63,442 bases of DNA, filler included, from Octopus bimaculoides (GCF_001194135.2; 8 parts of 6 records of this genome joined end to end with filler, not necessarily neighbours in it), one strand, 5' to 3'; shown: positions 13,384 through 26,025, numbered from the whole stretch's first letter. Numbers and translations: made by a program. The notes: a model not told the origin generated them from the sequence alone.

Positions 13384-13920
13384 GTGGCAGGGAGAGAGAG
13401 ATACACACATATACATATAATATTTATACATATATATGCGCCTTTCTTTATATATATATTATATATATATCCATATGATGCATGTGTGTGTGTTGCAGGT
13501 GGATGTTTCAGTCTACAAGTTATTAACGATAGAATCAATATTAGTACAGGGTAGCAATCTGTATGTCTTACTCAACGTCTCAACCTGAATATACCGGAGA
13601 AAGCGTCAAAACTGCAGTATTCGCCTTGAGAAAGCTTCTCATATAGATGCATAGCGTTAAAAAGCATACAAGTGTACTCTTATTAGACGACAGATGTTTA
13701 GTAGTGTTGGCAGAGTTACTAACTCCGGATGTGTGTCATTGAACGTCAAAATAGCGTACAGACTGCGTAATCATTCAATATTAGCAACCGGTGCAGAATT
13801 GGTGGAAAATATCATTGTGTATATCTTACTTTATAAGAGGAATACTGCAGCTGTGTGGCTCTCTACAGTATATCTACATGAAGGAAGAAAGCTGTATATA
13901 TATATATATATATATATAAT

Positions 13921-13958
<38 letters not shown>

Positions 13959-14420
13959 TGAGAGAGAGAGTGAGAGAGAGAGAGTGAGATAGTATAGTGA
14001 GAGAGAGAGATATGAAGAGAAAGAGAGAGATGTATATTTTTGTGTGTGTACGTGTGTGTTTGTGTGCGTGTCTGTGTGTATGTGTGTTTGTGTGTGTAAG
14101 TTTGTGTGTTTGAGGGGGTGTGTGTGTGTGTGTGTATGTGGGGTATGTATATGCGTCGTGATAATTCCCAATCATTTCCACATTATTTAAGGATACAAGG
14201 GTGTATGTTACGCTCATCTCAAGACAGGTTTAGAGACAGAACAGTTCTCTCCGCACATATATTGATCTGGAAGTATCCTGCGCCCAAGAAAATTTAAGTA
14301 AGGATATCGCAGTACACGTGTTTCAAGCTTTATACACAAACTGTCATTACATCAGTATATATTGCTGATATAAAGGATGGTTTAAAGCTATCATCAGCCG
14401 CAAATACTTTCAGTCCCAAT

Positions 14421-14598
14421 CCTGAGTAACCCTGTGAAGCGATCATGACTGACTTCTTTAAATACTTTACAATATATATATATATATAGATATAGATATA
14501 TATGTGTGTGTAAATCCGAACGGAAGCACATTCTAAGTTATAGAGCAGCAAAGTATTTTGAGAATGTCAGTTATGATCGCTTCACAAGATTACTCAGG
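14421..14598. repeat. Small foldback inverted repeat (about 49-bp arms)
   Basis: 14421-14453 versus the reverse complement of 14566-14598 match at 30/33 bases, with looser similarity continuing to 14469/14550. Confidence 0.75.
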
Positions 14599-14927
14599 GT
14601 TTCATGTTCATGAAGCGCTCAGATTTACGCACATCTCATCAGAGCCTGGTAACCTGTGGCCTATAACCTTTCTTCAAACTGGAGATATTTTCTCCCACCA
14701 ATTTGAAGGGCGGTTATAGGCTACCGGCCATTAAGGTCTGACGTGAAGTGAGTAAATCTAAGCTCTAAAATGTACGCGAAACTCTGGGTAATCCTATGAA
14801 CTAGCCATAACTGACACTTTCTATCTCTCTCTTTATCTCTCTTCCCCTCTCCCCGTCTCTGTCTGTCTCTGTCTCTGTCTCTGTCTCTCTCTCGCTCTCG
14901 CTCTCTCTCTCTCTCTTTCTCTCTCTT

Positions 14928-14965
<38 letters not shown>

Positions 14966-15013
14966 TATAAAGATATATTTTTTTTTTCTCACTACAAACA
15001 CACACAAACAGAT

Positions 15014-15053
<40 letters not shown>

Positions 15054-15284
15054 GGGAGAATGTACGAAAAAACAACAACAGACGAGGACAGGTNNNNNNN
15101 NNNNNNNNNNNNNNNNNNNNNNNNNNNNNNNNNNNNNNNNNNNNNNNNNNNNNNNNNNNNNNNNNNNNNNNNNNNNNNNNNNNNNNNNNNNNNNNNNNNN
15201 NNNNNNNNNNNNNNNNNNNNNNNNNNNNNNNNNNNNNNNNNNNNNNNNNNNNNNNNNNNNNNNNNNNNNNNNNNNNNNNNNNNN

Positions 15285-15324
<40 letters not shown>

Positions 15325-16093
15325 TCATTCAAATATTCATACACACGCACATGTATGAGAAAATATGTTCAAACAAAGCGACTGTAGAAAGCCGCAGCAA
15401 TGCAGTTGGTGAGATATTAAATATAAATGAAATCAAATATTAAAAGTTTACCTTAAAACATTTAATAATCCGATTTTTCGTGTGACAAACAGAATTAGTA
15501 TAAATACTTGTAACTGTCTTAAGCCTAGATGTATTCAATTGCGTACGTTTGCTCAAAATGTCGATTATTATTTCTCTTAATTAAAAAAAAAGAAATTAAA
15601 GTCTGCTTTAAAATATGTTTAATATTTCTCCAAAGAGATGTATGTGGCTTTCTAAATCATTGTTTATTTCACATTTTGATTTTTAATTTTGTTTTTGTAC
15701 ATACTCCAAATGTTTGAGTCAAATACGTCCTCCAATTCGCGCAGCCGCAATTGCATCACGAAGGAGTAATTTATGAACGTAAAAAGCACTATATTTATCT
15801 TTCATTCATTTAATGAGGTGTCAAAATTCTCATCGTACTTCGATGACCTGGTCACTAACACATCTCCGCTGCTCTGTAACAATCAAGCACTGGCTTCAAC
15901 GATATTTTACCGCTGTTGAACTTTTTCATAAGTTAGTCTCCAACAGAGACGTGTTTTGACATTTACACATTTGTCGTCGCTAGTCGCTAGCACGTTTTTT
16001 TTTTCAATTTTGCATTGCATTATCATTCTTCCGATGCCATTTTATATTTATTGTTATAGATAATGTATTTCAGTGTCATATGCGATATCAGTA

Positions 16094-16165
<72 letters not shown>

Positions 16166-17039
16166 NNNNNNNNNNNNNNNNNNNNNNNNNNNNNNNNNNN
16201 NNNNNNNNNNNNNNNNNNNNNNNNNNNNNNNNNNNNNNNNNNNNNNNNNNNNNNNNNNNNNNNNNNNNNNNNNNNNNNNNNNNNNNNNNNNNNNNNNNNN
16301 NNNNNNNNNNNNNNNNNNNNNNNNNNNNNNNNNNNNNNNNNNNNNNNNNNNNNNNNNNNNNNNNNNNNNNNNNNNNNNNNNNNNNNNNNNNNNNNNNNNN
16401 NNNNNNNNNNNNNNNNNNNNNNNNNNNNNNNNNNNNNNNNNNNNNNNNNNNNNNNNNNNNNNNNNNNNNNNNNNNNNNNNNNNNNNNNNNNNNNNNNNNN
16501 NNNNNNNNNNNNNNNNNNNNNNNNNNNNNNNNNNNNNNNNNNNNNNNNNNNNNNNNNNNNNNNNNNNNNNNNNNNNNNNNNNNNNNNNNNNNNNNNNNNN
16601 NNNNNNNNNNNNNNNNNNNNNNNNNNNNNNNNNNNNNNNNNNNNNNNNNNNNNNNNNNNNNNNNNNNNNNNNNNNNNNNNNNNNNNNNNNNNNNNNNNNN
16701 NNNNNNNNNNNNNNNNNNNNNNNNNNNNNNNNNNNNNNNNNNNNNNNNNNNNNNNNNNNNNNNNNNNNNNNNNNNNNNNNNNNNNNNNNNNNNNNNNNNN
16801 NNNNNNNNNNNNNNNNNNNNNNNNNNNNNNNNNNNNNNNNNNNNNNNNNNNNNNNNNNNNNNNNNNNNNNNNNNNNNNNNNNNNNNNNNNNNNNNNNNNN
16901 NNNNNNNNNNNNNNNNNNNNNNNNNNNNNNNNNNNNNNNNNNNNNNNNNNNNNNNNNNNNNNNNNNNNNNNNNNNNNNNNNNNNNNNNTATATATATATA
17001 TATATATACCAAAATTATATAAAAAATATTTTTAAATAC

Positions 17040-17808
17040 TAAAGAGGAAATTTATTTAATAAAATCACCATTGGCTTCAAGCACGGCCTCCAGACGACTT
17101 CGGAATCTCCTGCAACTCTTTTAAACAGTCTCCTTGTTTAAGTTGGTGAATGCTGCTATAATCCTTGTCTTCAGTTCATCTTTGGTGTTACAAGAAGTTT
17201 TCTTGGTCTCTTGCTCATCTGCGCCCCACACATAACAATCACGGGAGTTGCAGTCTGGGAAGTTAAGTGGCCGGTCTTAGGGGTGATATGGTCGCAGAAA
17301 TTTTCTGACAGCCATGACTAAATACTCCTGTTTGTGAGGCATGGGAGCAGAGTCTTGTTTCCAAACATAGATTTTTCCAACAGTCACCCTATTGAATCAG
17401 GGCAGCGCTAACGCCTCCTGGCACTTGATGTATGCCTCCGTGATGAGTTTGAGGCTGTGTGACAAGATGAATGGTGGCATAACGTTGCCATCATTAGTGA
17501 TCACTCCAAACACCATGATGTTGACTGGATGTTTGATTCTTATCACATCACTCTCGGTACATGTTCTTACTGGTATATGTTCATAATGGAGCTTCTGGCG
17601 CTTCGTATTGTAACTTCCGGCGCGAATGCGAGGCAGTATAGCATAACGTTTCCAAATTTCTGGAGGAATGTATTGCGTCATGGTGCTGGTTTTCTCATAG
17701 ACGATGCACAGCTAACTCTACTATACCGCATAGTCGACGAAATAGAAAACAAACGATGCGCATTCGCGAAATTAAAAAGTATAATTTACCATCGCACGTC
17801 GTATATAT
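17040..17808 (-). mobile_element. Tc1/mariner-superfamily transposon (maT/DD37D-like), internally deleted and decayed
   Basis: Minus strand gives IKHPVNIMVFGVITNDGNVMPPFI, WKQDSAP, FPDCNSRDCYVWGA and NTKDELKTRIIAAFTNLNKETV*KSCRRFRSRLEAVLEANGDFIK*. Catalytic spacing cannot be counted because of frameshifts. Confidence 0.9.
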
Positions 17809-17909
17809 ANNNNNNNNNNNNNNNNNNNNNNNNNNNNNNNNNNNNNNNNNNNNTTAATTAATTAANNNNNNNNNNNNNNNNNNNNNNNNNNNNNNNNNNN
17901 NNNNNNNNN

Positions 17910-18300
17910 ATCGTAATTATTAGGTTTCCCTTCGTTATTCCCAGGCTTTAGATTTGTTTTGCCTTCCTTTTCATTCATATGTTTGTCTGTGGTGTTCTGG
18001 ATTGGTGCTTTTTGTACACTATTATACATCTCTACGGTCTGGGTTTGTTGTTTTTTGTTTACTTCGTTTTTGCCGGAAATGTTACGTTTGTCCTCGTGTT
18101 TTACTATCTCAGTGTTTATATTATTATTTGGCATTGCTGTGTGACTACTATCTAGATTTTCCTGATGTATTTTTCCTTTCAATTGTTCTATTTCTATTTC
18201 TGATATTTTTTTTGCTTTTAGAATATATCTTCTTATGTTAGCTAGTTTGTTAGGGTTCATTCTTTTATCGAGGTCTTTATTTACATTATTTTTCTTCCAT
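17910..18300 (-). mobile_element. N-terminal fragment of an R4/Dong-type non-LTR retrotransposon ORF
   Basis: MNPNKLANIRRYILKAKKISEIEIEQLK resembles the recalled R4/Dong N-terminal motif. It sits directly downstream of an (AAT)n array on the coding strand (18308-18365) and is truncated by a gap. Confidence 0.6.
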
Positions 18301-18306
18301 ATTTTA

Positions 18307-18366
<60 letters not shown>

Positions 18367-18399
18367 CATTTATGAAATACAATGTTATATTCTTTTAAC

Positions 18400-19990
18400 A
18401 GACAGTTTACTAGTTGGTTTCATACCAAGTAGACAAAACCCTGGTAATTATTAGAAAAGATTGGAAGGAATAGTGTGCCTTGGGATCTTTGAAACTGGAG
18501 GTTTAAAAGTATCACATCATAAAGTTATAAAGAAACCAGAATGAAGTTGCCAAGCCTAAGACCAAGGAGGAAAATACTTTTTAGTTCACAGGATTGGGAG
18601 AAAAAAGGGCCACTATGATATGGGAGAGGCTGAAGCCAGGTTGAGGGTAGTAAAAGAGTAGAGGTGCGAGATGGGAAATGTACATGTATATGTATGTAGT
18701 GTGGTAAGGCTTATAATAATTCTTCAGATTATGGTGAGGAAAAAGTAACCATAGGAGTGCTTCAATTTTGTGGTCAGATAGTATGTTTGGGAAAATTTGC
18801 ATTCAGGAAAGCAGGAACTGAAAATTTCACTTTTGCAGTTTAGGTAGGCACCTGGGTGAAGAGAGTTTTTTAGCATGAAGTGATATTTTTTCATGCTTGA
18901 ATACAGAACAAAGACTTGTGGCTGATGAATCTGATTCTGAAATCACCTTCTGTTGTGCCTACATATATCTACATATCCATTGTTCCACTGGGTTTCATTC
19001 ACAATTGTTTTCATATTACAAAGGCAATTAACTGGACTTCTGAATGAGAAGCTTGTCTCTGTTTCATACTTGAAACTACTTACTAATATTTTCATTATTC
19101 TAGGGGTACAGCTACAAAAGACCCTCAAGGTCCATAGTGGTAAAAAGATATATGTAGCATATATTTTTAAATCTTTAATGGTTATGAAGAGCACACTACA
19201 AGGATTAGGAGCTATAGAGCACAAGTCATGAGGAGCCTATTGCAATAAACTCTGCAACACATGGGAGCATGTAAGTTGTCTAAAAGTCTAGGAGTCAGAA
19301 TAAACAGACACTCGTATACTAGTTACTGTAAAAGTGAAGTTTTTGTACACTCATGAGTAATCCCCTAGTAAACTGAATGACCACACAATTAATATAAGCA
19401 CTAGAGCACCCTCATGGATTTTTCCATCACTGAAATCTGTTGTTCAACTGTTGGAATAATATATATCCATGCTTACATACTTATACATGCACATGACCAC
19501 ACATGATTTTAAATTTAACCTTCCCAACCACCAAGCATTTCTACCCAATTCTGCAGACAAAAGTTTCTTATACTAATCCAAAAGCAAAACTCCAATGAAC
19601 TAAAAAATATTTTTTCCTCCTTGGGTTTTTCTCCGAGAGATTTCATTCCGGTTTTTTACAATAGCCCTAACAGAATGTGATGCTCTCAGGCCTCAAATGG
19701 CAAAAAACCCATGCCATGCTATTAGTTTTAGCCTTTTCTGATGATTGCTAGGGTTTCCTCAGCTACTAGTATGAAACTAATTGGTGAATTGGCTATTATG
19801 AGAATATAGTATTGCATTTTATTAATAATTATTATCATAATACATCCATTCTATTAGCCAATATGAGAGCGATTTTTCCTGAGTCTTTTTACTGGTTTCA
19901 TGGGTTTTAGGCAATTATATTAAAGATAGTCCTTTAGTACTTGTTTTTACTTTTCCAACTTCATGTGGTAAAATTGCAATGTTAATCAAG
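18400..19990 (-). mobile_element. Possible ancient degraded CR1/L2/I-type LINE fragment
   Basis: Only weak peptide traces on the minus strand (AIIRKAKTNS..FC.AIVK-like, SSCFPEC-like), with many stops. Confidence 0.3.
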
Positions 19991-20034
19991 GCTTTACCTC
20001 TGTTTGGGTGCATATGTGTGTGTGTGCATATACT

Positions 20035-20309
20035 CTTTTACTCTCTTTTACTTGTTTCAGTCATTTGACTGCGGCCATGCACCGCCTTTAGTCGAGCAAA
20101 TCGACCCCGGGACTTATTCTTTGTAAGCCTAGTACTTATTCTATCGGTCTCTTTTGCCGAACCACTAAGTTACGGGGACATAAACACACCAGCATCGGTT
20201 GTCAAGCAATGCTAGGGGGACAAACACAGACACACAAACACACATACATATATATACACATGTACGACGGGCTTCTTTCAGTTTCCGTCTACCAAATCCA
20301 CTCACAAGG
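20035..20309 (-). mobile_element. SINE family C (CORE-like), truncated by a gap
   Basis: cttgtttcagtcatttgactgcggccatg..gtcgagcaaatcgaccc..gacgggcttctttcagtttccgtctaccaaatccactcacaagg is the reverse complement of the 59020-59405 copy. Confidence 0.87.
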
Positions 20310-21058
20310 NNNNNNNNNNNNNNNNNNNNNNNNNNNNNNNNNNNNNNNNNNNNNNNNNNNNNNNNNNNNNNNNNNNNNNNNNNNNNNNNNNNNNNNNNNN
20401 NNNNNNNNNNNNNNNNNNNNNNNNNNNNNNNNNNNNNNNNNNNNNNNNNNNNNNNNNNNNNNNNNNNNNNNNNNNNNNNNNNNNNNNNNNNNNNNNNNNN
20501 NNNNNNNNNNNNNNNNNNNNNNNNNNNNNNNNNNNNNNNNNNNNNNNNNNNNNNNNNNNNNNNNNNNNNNNNNNNNNNNNNNNNNNNNNNNNNNNNNNNN
20601 NNNNNNNNNNNNNNNNNNNNNNNNNNNNNNNNNNNNNNNNNNNNNNNNNNNNNNNNNNNNNNNNNNNNNNNNNNNNNNNNNNNNNNNNNNNNNNNNNNNN
20701 NNNNNNNNNNNNNNNNNNNNNNNNNNNNNNNNNNNGTTCAACAAAATTGATTCTGTTAGATTCAATCTTTTAACAAAGCATGCCACTCAATAAAACTATT
20801 TGAGTTCTTTATTTTATGAAGCCTTTCCATACTCCTCTGAAAAGATAACCCCAGCATTTATATGTTTGTGTGTATGTGTGTACACACATATACTCATCCA
20901 ATAAGTTTTCATTCACACAGTTTCTAACAAATTTCTCTCAAAAGGCTTTGGCTAATGTGACTATGGTAGAAGAAAATTGTCCAAGGTGCTTATAATGGGA
21001 CTGGACTCAGAAACATGTGATGGAGAAGTGGACTTAACCACACAGCTGTGCTTGCACC

Positions 21059-21094
<36 letters not shown>

Positions 21095-21445
21095 ATCACC
21101 ACCACCACCATCATCTACATGGATCAAATCAACTAACTTTATTGTTGTGTATATCATGTTATTCTTGGCAAAGTATTCATAGCTAGATATGCTATCTGTC
21201 TGCTAAAACTACAATATAGATTAGAAACATTGTATCATACTACTGGCACAAGCGAGTAATTTAGCAAGAAGATTAAAAAGTATCTTGCACTGTACACTGC
21301 TTTTGTTCACTCCACAACACTGATTCGTATGCATACTATATAATTTGTTTAAGCTTGACAGCCATCACACGCTGTCAGTAGATATTTTCAATTGATTCTC
21401 TATAGGGAAGTTGTGACTTCCAGAGTCATTTCAGGGTTGTCTCAC

Positions 21446-21543
21446 TTGGTATCCAGTGTTGGTGATAGCAAAAGAGCTTGAAATACATTCATTGGTCTAC
21501 AGAGGGCACTCTGAAATGATTGATGGTGTTTAAACACCTGTTG
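21446..21543 (-). CDS. Candidate internal exon (98 nt), product unknown
   Basis: Acceptor ttcttgttttag|CAA and donor CCAA|gtgaga. Only one frame is open: QQVFKHHQSFQSALCRPMNVFQALLLSPTLDT. No homology recognised. Confidence 0.2.
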
Positions 21544-21673
21544 CTAAAACAAGAATTATCACCATGGCAAATTGCAGTGAAAATGGCCTTATTACAAGTC
21601 AGATATGTCTTAAACATATTTGAATTGATCTAAAAGTTTGTTCAGCAATACTGCTTTGTATAACAACTATATA

Positions 21674-22926
21674 TGAGGGAGTATCCAAAAGAAACCAGAA
21701 TTTTGAAATATTATTTTATTCACCTAGTTTTACATGTTTATACTTTTATCACCTTCAAAGTATTCTTCATTTGAAGCAATGCAGTGCTCCAGAAGCATTT
21801 CCTACTGTTTAAAGCAGTCCTGGAACTCTTGAGAAATGATGCCTTTTAATGCCTCTATTGTTTTTTTTCTTCACCACATCTGCGAAACATTTTCCATTAA
21901 GGACTTTTTTCATTTGGAAGAACAAAAGGTCACAGGGTGCAAGATCAAGCAAAAACTGTCTCAGACTCAAGATGGTGTGCACAGATGTATTCTCATGATG
22001 AAACCACCACTCTCCACTTCTCCCCGGGGCAGGGCATTTTTGTCTCACTGCATCTCACAAATGCTTCAGAACTGCCAAGTAAAATGTCTGGTTAGCAATT
22101 TGATCAAGAGGAACAAATTTTTTGTGGACAGTTCCTTTCATATCAATGAAACAAATCAGAATTGTTTTCACATTGGACTTCACTTGACAGCTTTTGGTGG
22201 GGTGCAGGGTGACACTGAATGCTTCCATTGACTTGATTGCTGCTTCATTTCCAGGTTGTAGCCACAGCACCAGCTTTCATCACCAATGATGATCTTTGGA
22301 AAAAGGTTCAGATCAACTTCCAACTGTTCTTTCAGTTCACGATATGCATTCAATCATGACTACGTTTGATCTTCTGTGATGGAAAAGCAAGGCACAAATT
22401 TCACTGCAACTCTTTTTATTCACAATTCCTTGCTCAAAATTCATTGGCAAGAGCTCCAGGATATACCAGTCATATCAACAAGTTCATCAATGGTTCGGCA
22501 ATAGTCCTCCAATGAATTTTCATGTTGTTTCATTCATTCAGGTCAACAATCATCCTAAAGAACGTTGGTCTTCAAGCAACAAGTGACCATTCCTAAAACA
22601 TGAAAACCATTTGTAAACTTGCATTTTACTCATGGCAGCATCCTTGTAAGCTGTTTGAAGCATGACAACTGTTTTGACTGCCATTTTCCCCAGCAGAAAA
22701 CAGAATTTCATGGAAGCACACTGCTCCTTCATTTCAGCCATTGCAAAAATCGACACACAGGTAAGAAGCAGAGCAAAACAAAGCCACACCATGTGACAGT
22801 ACAACTTCACTCAATGGCAGTGGTTGGCAGACTGATACCTGAGGGTCACATCAAGTGGCTTCTAGTGTCAGAAGCCTGAACTACAATAGGCTTTCCCACA
22901 GAGAATATTTCTGGAGTACCCCCTCA
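21674..22926 (-). mobile_element. Near full-length mariner (DD34D-type) transposon, decayed
   Basis: TA-flanked degenerate TIRs (TGAGGGAGTATCCA.. and the reverse complement of ..GGAGTACCCCCTCA), length 1253 bp. HTH region EQCASMKFCFLLGK..MLQTAYKDAAMSKMQVYKWFSCF; catalytic region IIIGDESWCCGYNLEMKQQSSQWK, WWFHHEN, DLAPCD. Confidence 0.93.
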
Positions 22927-23729
22927 TAAATATATATGTGTGTGAGTGATCAAAGTGTGTGTGTGTGTGTGTGTGCGTGCGTGCGTCTGTGTGTCTCTCT
23001 CCAATAATAAAACATTCTGTTATATATTTCATTAAATGTGTTTCAGAAAAATTGTGTGAATGGCTGCTATTTCCAGAAAATCCAGTTCAGTACTTCTCTT
23101 TAATAGGTGTTTTGTAATTATATTCCATGATAAAATATTTAAGATATTGAATTTCCAAGTCTTCCTAGTACTTACAAATAGTTAGGATGGCATATGTTCA
23201 TAAGTTAATACTTAGAATTTGAAACAGTCTAAGATATATACTTCTTTTATATAATTACTGCAGTCAACTGACTGAATGAAGTAAAGAAATATAAAAAAAA
23301 ACAGACAGACAGCAGAGAGAGAGAGTGAGAGAGAAAGTGAAAGAGAGAGTAATTTATGATTAGTATTTTCATACAAGTAGCATCTATACAACATTGAAAC
23401 AGTAGTACAGTAAGGCAGGTGTTGAACATTGAGTAACCCAAGGTAGTGTATGATGGAGGTTGGGTTAAATATAAGCACTGACAGAAGAAAAGCAAACAGA
23501 AATTAAACTGAATAGAAAATTAAAAAATAGTACATAGAGAATAAAATACAACACAGAATACAATACTGCATATTTAAAAAGAAAATTCATGTATGTTTAT
23601 CTATGTGAAGGATATACCAGACTACTTTTACTTATATATACATTGAAATTTCCAAGCAAAGCTGCAAGGAAATATCATTCATTCATTCATTCATTCATTC
23701 ATACATACATACATACACACATACATACA

Positions 23730-24047
23730 ATGTGTTTGCAGTACCAGTACTCATACCGACATTTGGGATACTTGACTGGACGATCGATGAAATCCGATCC
23801 CTTGATGTGAAGACCCGAAAAATACTAATGAGCACGAACAACTTTCACATCAATAGCGATGTAGACCGCCTATACCTAAAAGGAAATAAAGGAGGGAGGG
23901 GCCTAACATCAATTCAGACTGCCTTTGAATGCCGTGTCATATCTCTCCGACATCATCTCATAACCACCAAGTGTCGAAGTGCACCCCTTGATGAAGTCTG
24001 CAGACATGAGGTAAATACCATCATGAGATTGGGAAGGCAACTACTTG
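23730..24047 (+). mobile_element. R4/Dong-type retrotransposon RT thumb fragment
   Basis: FAVPVLIPTFGILDWTIDEIRSLDVKTRKILMSTNNFHINSDVDRLYLKGNKGGRGLTSI. The DVDRLY..R..GGRGL motif is typical of REL-clade elements. It runs into a gap. Confidence 0.9.
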
Positions 24048-24998
24048 NNNNNNNNNNNNNNNNNNNNNNNNNNNNNNNNNNNNNNNNNNNNNNNNNNNNN
24101 NNNNNNNNNNNNNNNNNNNNNNNNNNNNNNNNNNNNNNNNNNNNNNNNNNNNNNNNNNNNNNNNNNNNNNNNNNNNNNNNNNNNNNNNNNNNNNNNNNNN
24201 NNNNNNNNNNNNNNNNNNNNNNNNNNNNNNNNNNNNNNNNNNNNNNNNNNNNNNNNNNNNNNNNNNNNNNNNNNNNNNNNNNNNNNNNNNNNNNNNNNNN
24301 NNNNNNNNNNNNNNNNNNNNNNNNNNNNNNNNNNNNNNNNNNNNNNNNNNNNNNNNNNNNNNNNNNNNNNNNNNNNNNNNNNNNNNNNNNNNNNNNNNNN
24401 NNNNNNNNNNNNNNNNNNNNNNNNNNNNNNNNNNNNNNNNNNNNNNNNNNNNNNNNNNNNNNNNNNNNNNNNNNNNNNNNNNNNNNNNNNNNNNNNNNNN
24501 NNNNNNNNNNNNNNNNNNNNNNNNNNNNNNNNNNNNNNNNNNNNNNNNNNNNNNNNNNNNNNNNNNNNNNNNNNNNNNNNNNNNNNNNNNNNNNNNNNNN
24601 NNNNNNNNNNNNNNNNNNNNNNNNNNNNNNNNNNNNNNNNNNNNNNNNNNNNNNNNNNNNNNNNNNNNNNNNNNNNNNNNNNNNNNNNNNNNNNNNNNNN
24701 NNNNNNNNNNNNNNNNNNNNNNNNNNNNNNNNNNNNNNNNNNNNNNNNNNNNNNNNNNNNNNNNNNNNNNNNNNNNNNNNNNNNNNNNNNNNNNNNNNNN
24801 NNNNNNNNNNNNNNCATACAAATCTGCGCATACACTAACACCAAATACTGCACACACACACATATGCACAAATACCTAGATGATGTTGATAAAAGTTCCA
24901 ATGAAGGAGCCTTGAATCTATGTTAGAGTCCGGCTCTTTCTCTATGGACAAGAAATACAGAAATGAAACTGATTGATAACATACACACATACATACAC

Positions 24999-25029
<31 letters not shown>

Positions 25030-25214
25030 TATACAAAATAGAAACTACATGTAGAAATGTAAGGGGAAAGTAAGCAGAAAAATAAGCGAAAATGCACATT
25101 GGAAATCCAAAAAAAGTTAAGGCTTTTTATGAAAAGTAACGATAGATATATACAATTAAATGAACTGAGGTAGGAATAAAGGCAATAAAAGTCATTATTG
25201 TGAGTTGATAAAGA

Positions 25215-25587
25215 GATTTAAAAGCATACCGGTTTCGTAATATTGCTAGTCATTGCTTTGAGTGTACACCGAATTCATATCAACAATTAAGATTTCAAAT
25301 TTAATGGTCTGTCATAAATGTCTGTATATTGTCCTTTTTGTCATTTTGGTTATAAAATAAACAGATTAATCAACGGAATATAGTGTCTGCAAGTTGATGA
25401 GTACCTCATATTCCCCTCCATTTTCTTATTGCTATATAAATTTAGGGTAAAAAAAGCCCCTTTTACCCGCACCCACTTATTGCACTTGGTATAACACTAG
25501 TGTAACAATAATTGGGCACCCTCCCAGCAGTATATTGGATATATATTATCCCTTAGTGGGTTGAATCCTCAACCCCTAACTCTCTTG
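25215..25587 (-). repeat. Short interspersed repeat, family F, with a decayed hammerhead-like motif
   Basis: Shares about 100 bp with 10710-10800. Minus strand 25259-25221 reads AAAGCA-ATGA..C-GAAACCGGTA-TGCTTT, giving a perfect 6-bp stem I and palindromic stem III, while the core lacks CTG. Confidence 0.55.
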
Positions 25588-25588
25588 G

Positions 25589-25621
<33 letters not shown>

Positions 25622-25747
25622 NNNNNNNNNNNNNNNNNNNNNNNNNNNNNNNNNNNNNNNNNNNNNNNNNNNNNNNNNNNNNNNNNNNNNNNNNNNNNNN
25701 NNNNNNNNNNNNNNNNNNNNNNNNNNNNNNNNNNNNNNNNNNNNNNG

Positions 25748-25990
25748 GCTCTTGTGCAGGTGGCACATAAAAGACACCATTTCAAGTGTGGCCGTTTTCG
25801 TGCGGGTGACACGTAAAAGCACCCACTACACTCTCTGAGTGGTTGGCGTTAGGAAGGGCATCCAGCTGTAGAAACTCTGCCAAATTAGATTGGAGCCTGG
25901 TGTAGCCATCCGGTTGCACCAGTCCTCAGTCAAATCGTCCAACCCATGCTAGCATAGAAAGCAGACGTTAAACGATGATGATGATGATGA
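25748..25990 (+). mobile_element. Interspersed repeat family D (SINE/LINE 3' end with (GAT)n tail)
   Basis: gtaaaagcacccactacactct..tggcgttaggaagggcatcc..ccaacccatgctagcat..gacgttaaacgatgatgat. Reverse copies lie at 36570-36770 and 37455-37700. Confidence 0.72.
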
Positions 25991-25992
25991 TG

Positions 25993-26023
<31 letters not shown>

Positions 26024-26025
<2 letters not shown>

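Noticed and set aside
13650-13745. Short open frame LLDDRCLVVLAELLTPD, and the ORF at 57556-57846
   Set aside because: No recognisable family and no convincing pair of splice sites.
17854-17865. TTAATTAATTAA flanked by N-runs, repeated at about 29700, 35539, 40956, 58524, 60952 and 62208
   Set aside because: An identical six-frame-stop linker always embedded in Ns is a scaffolding artefact, not a biological repeat or CRISPR-like array.
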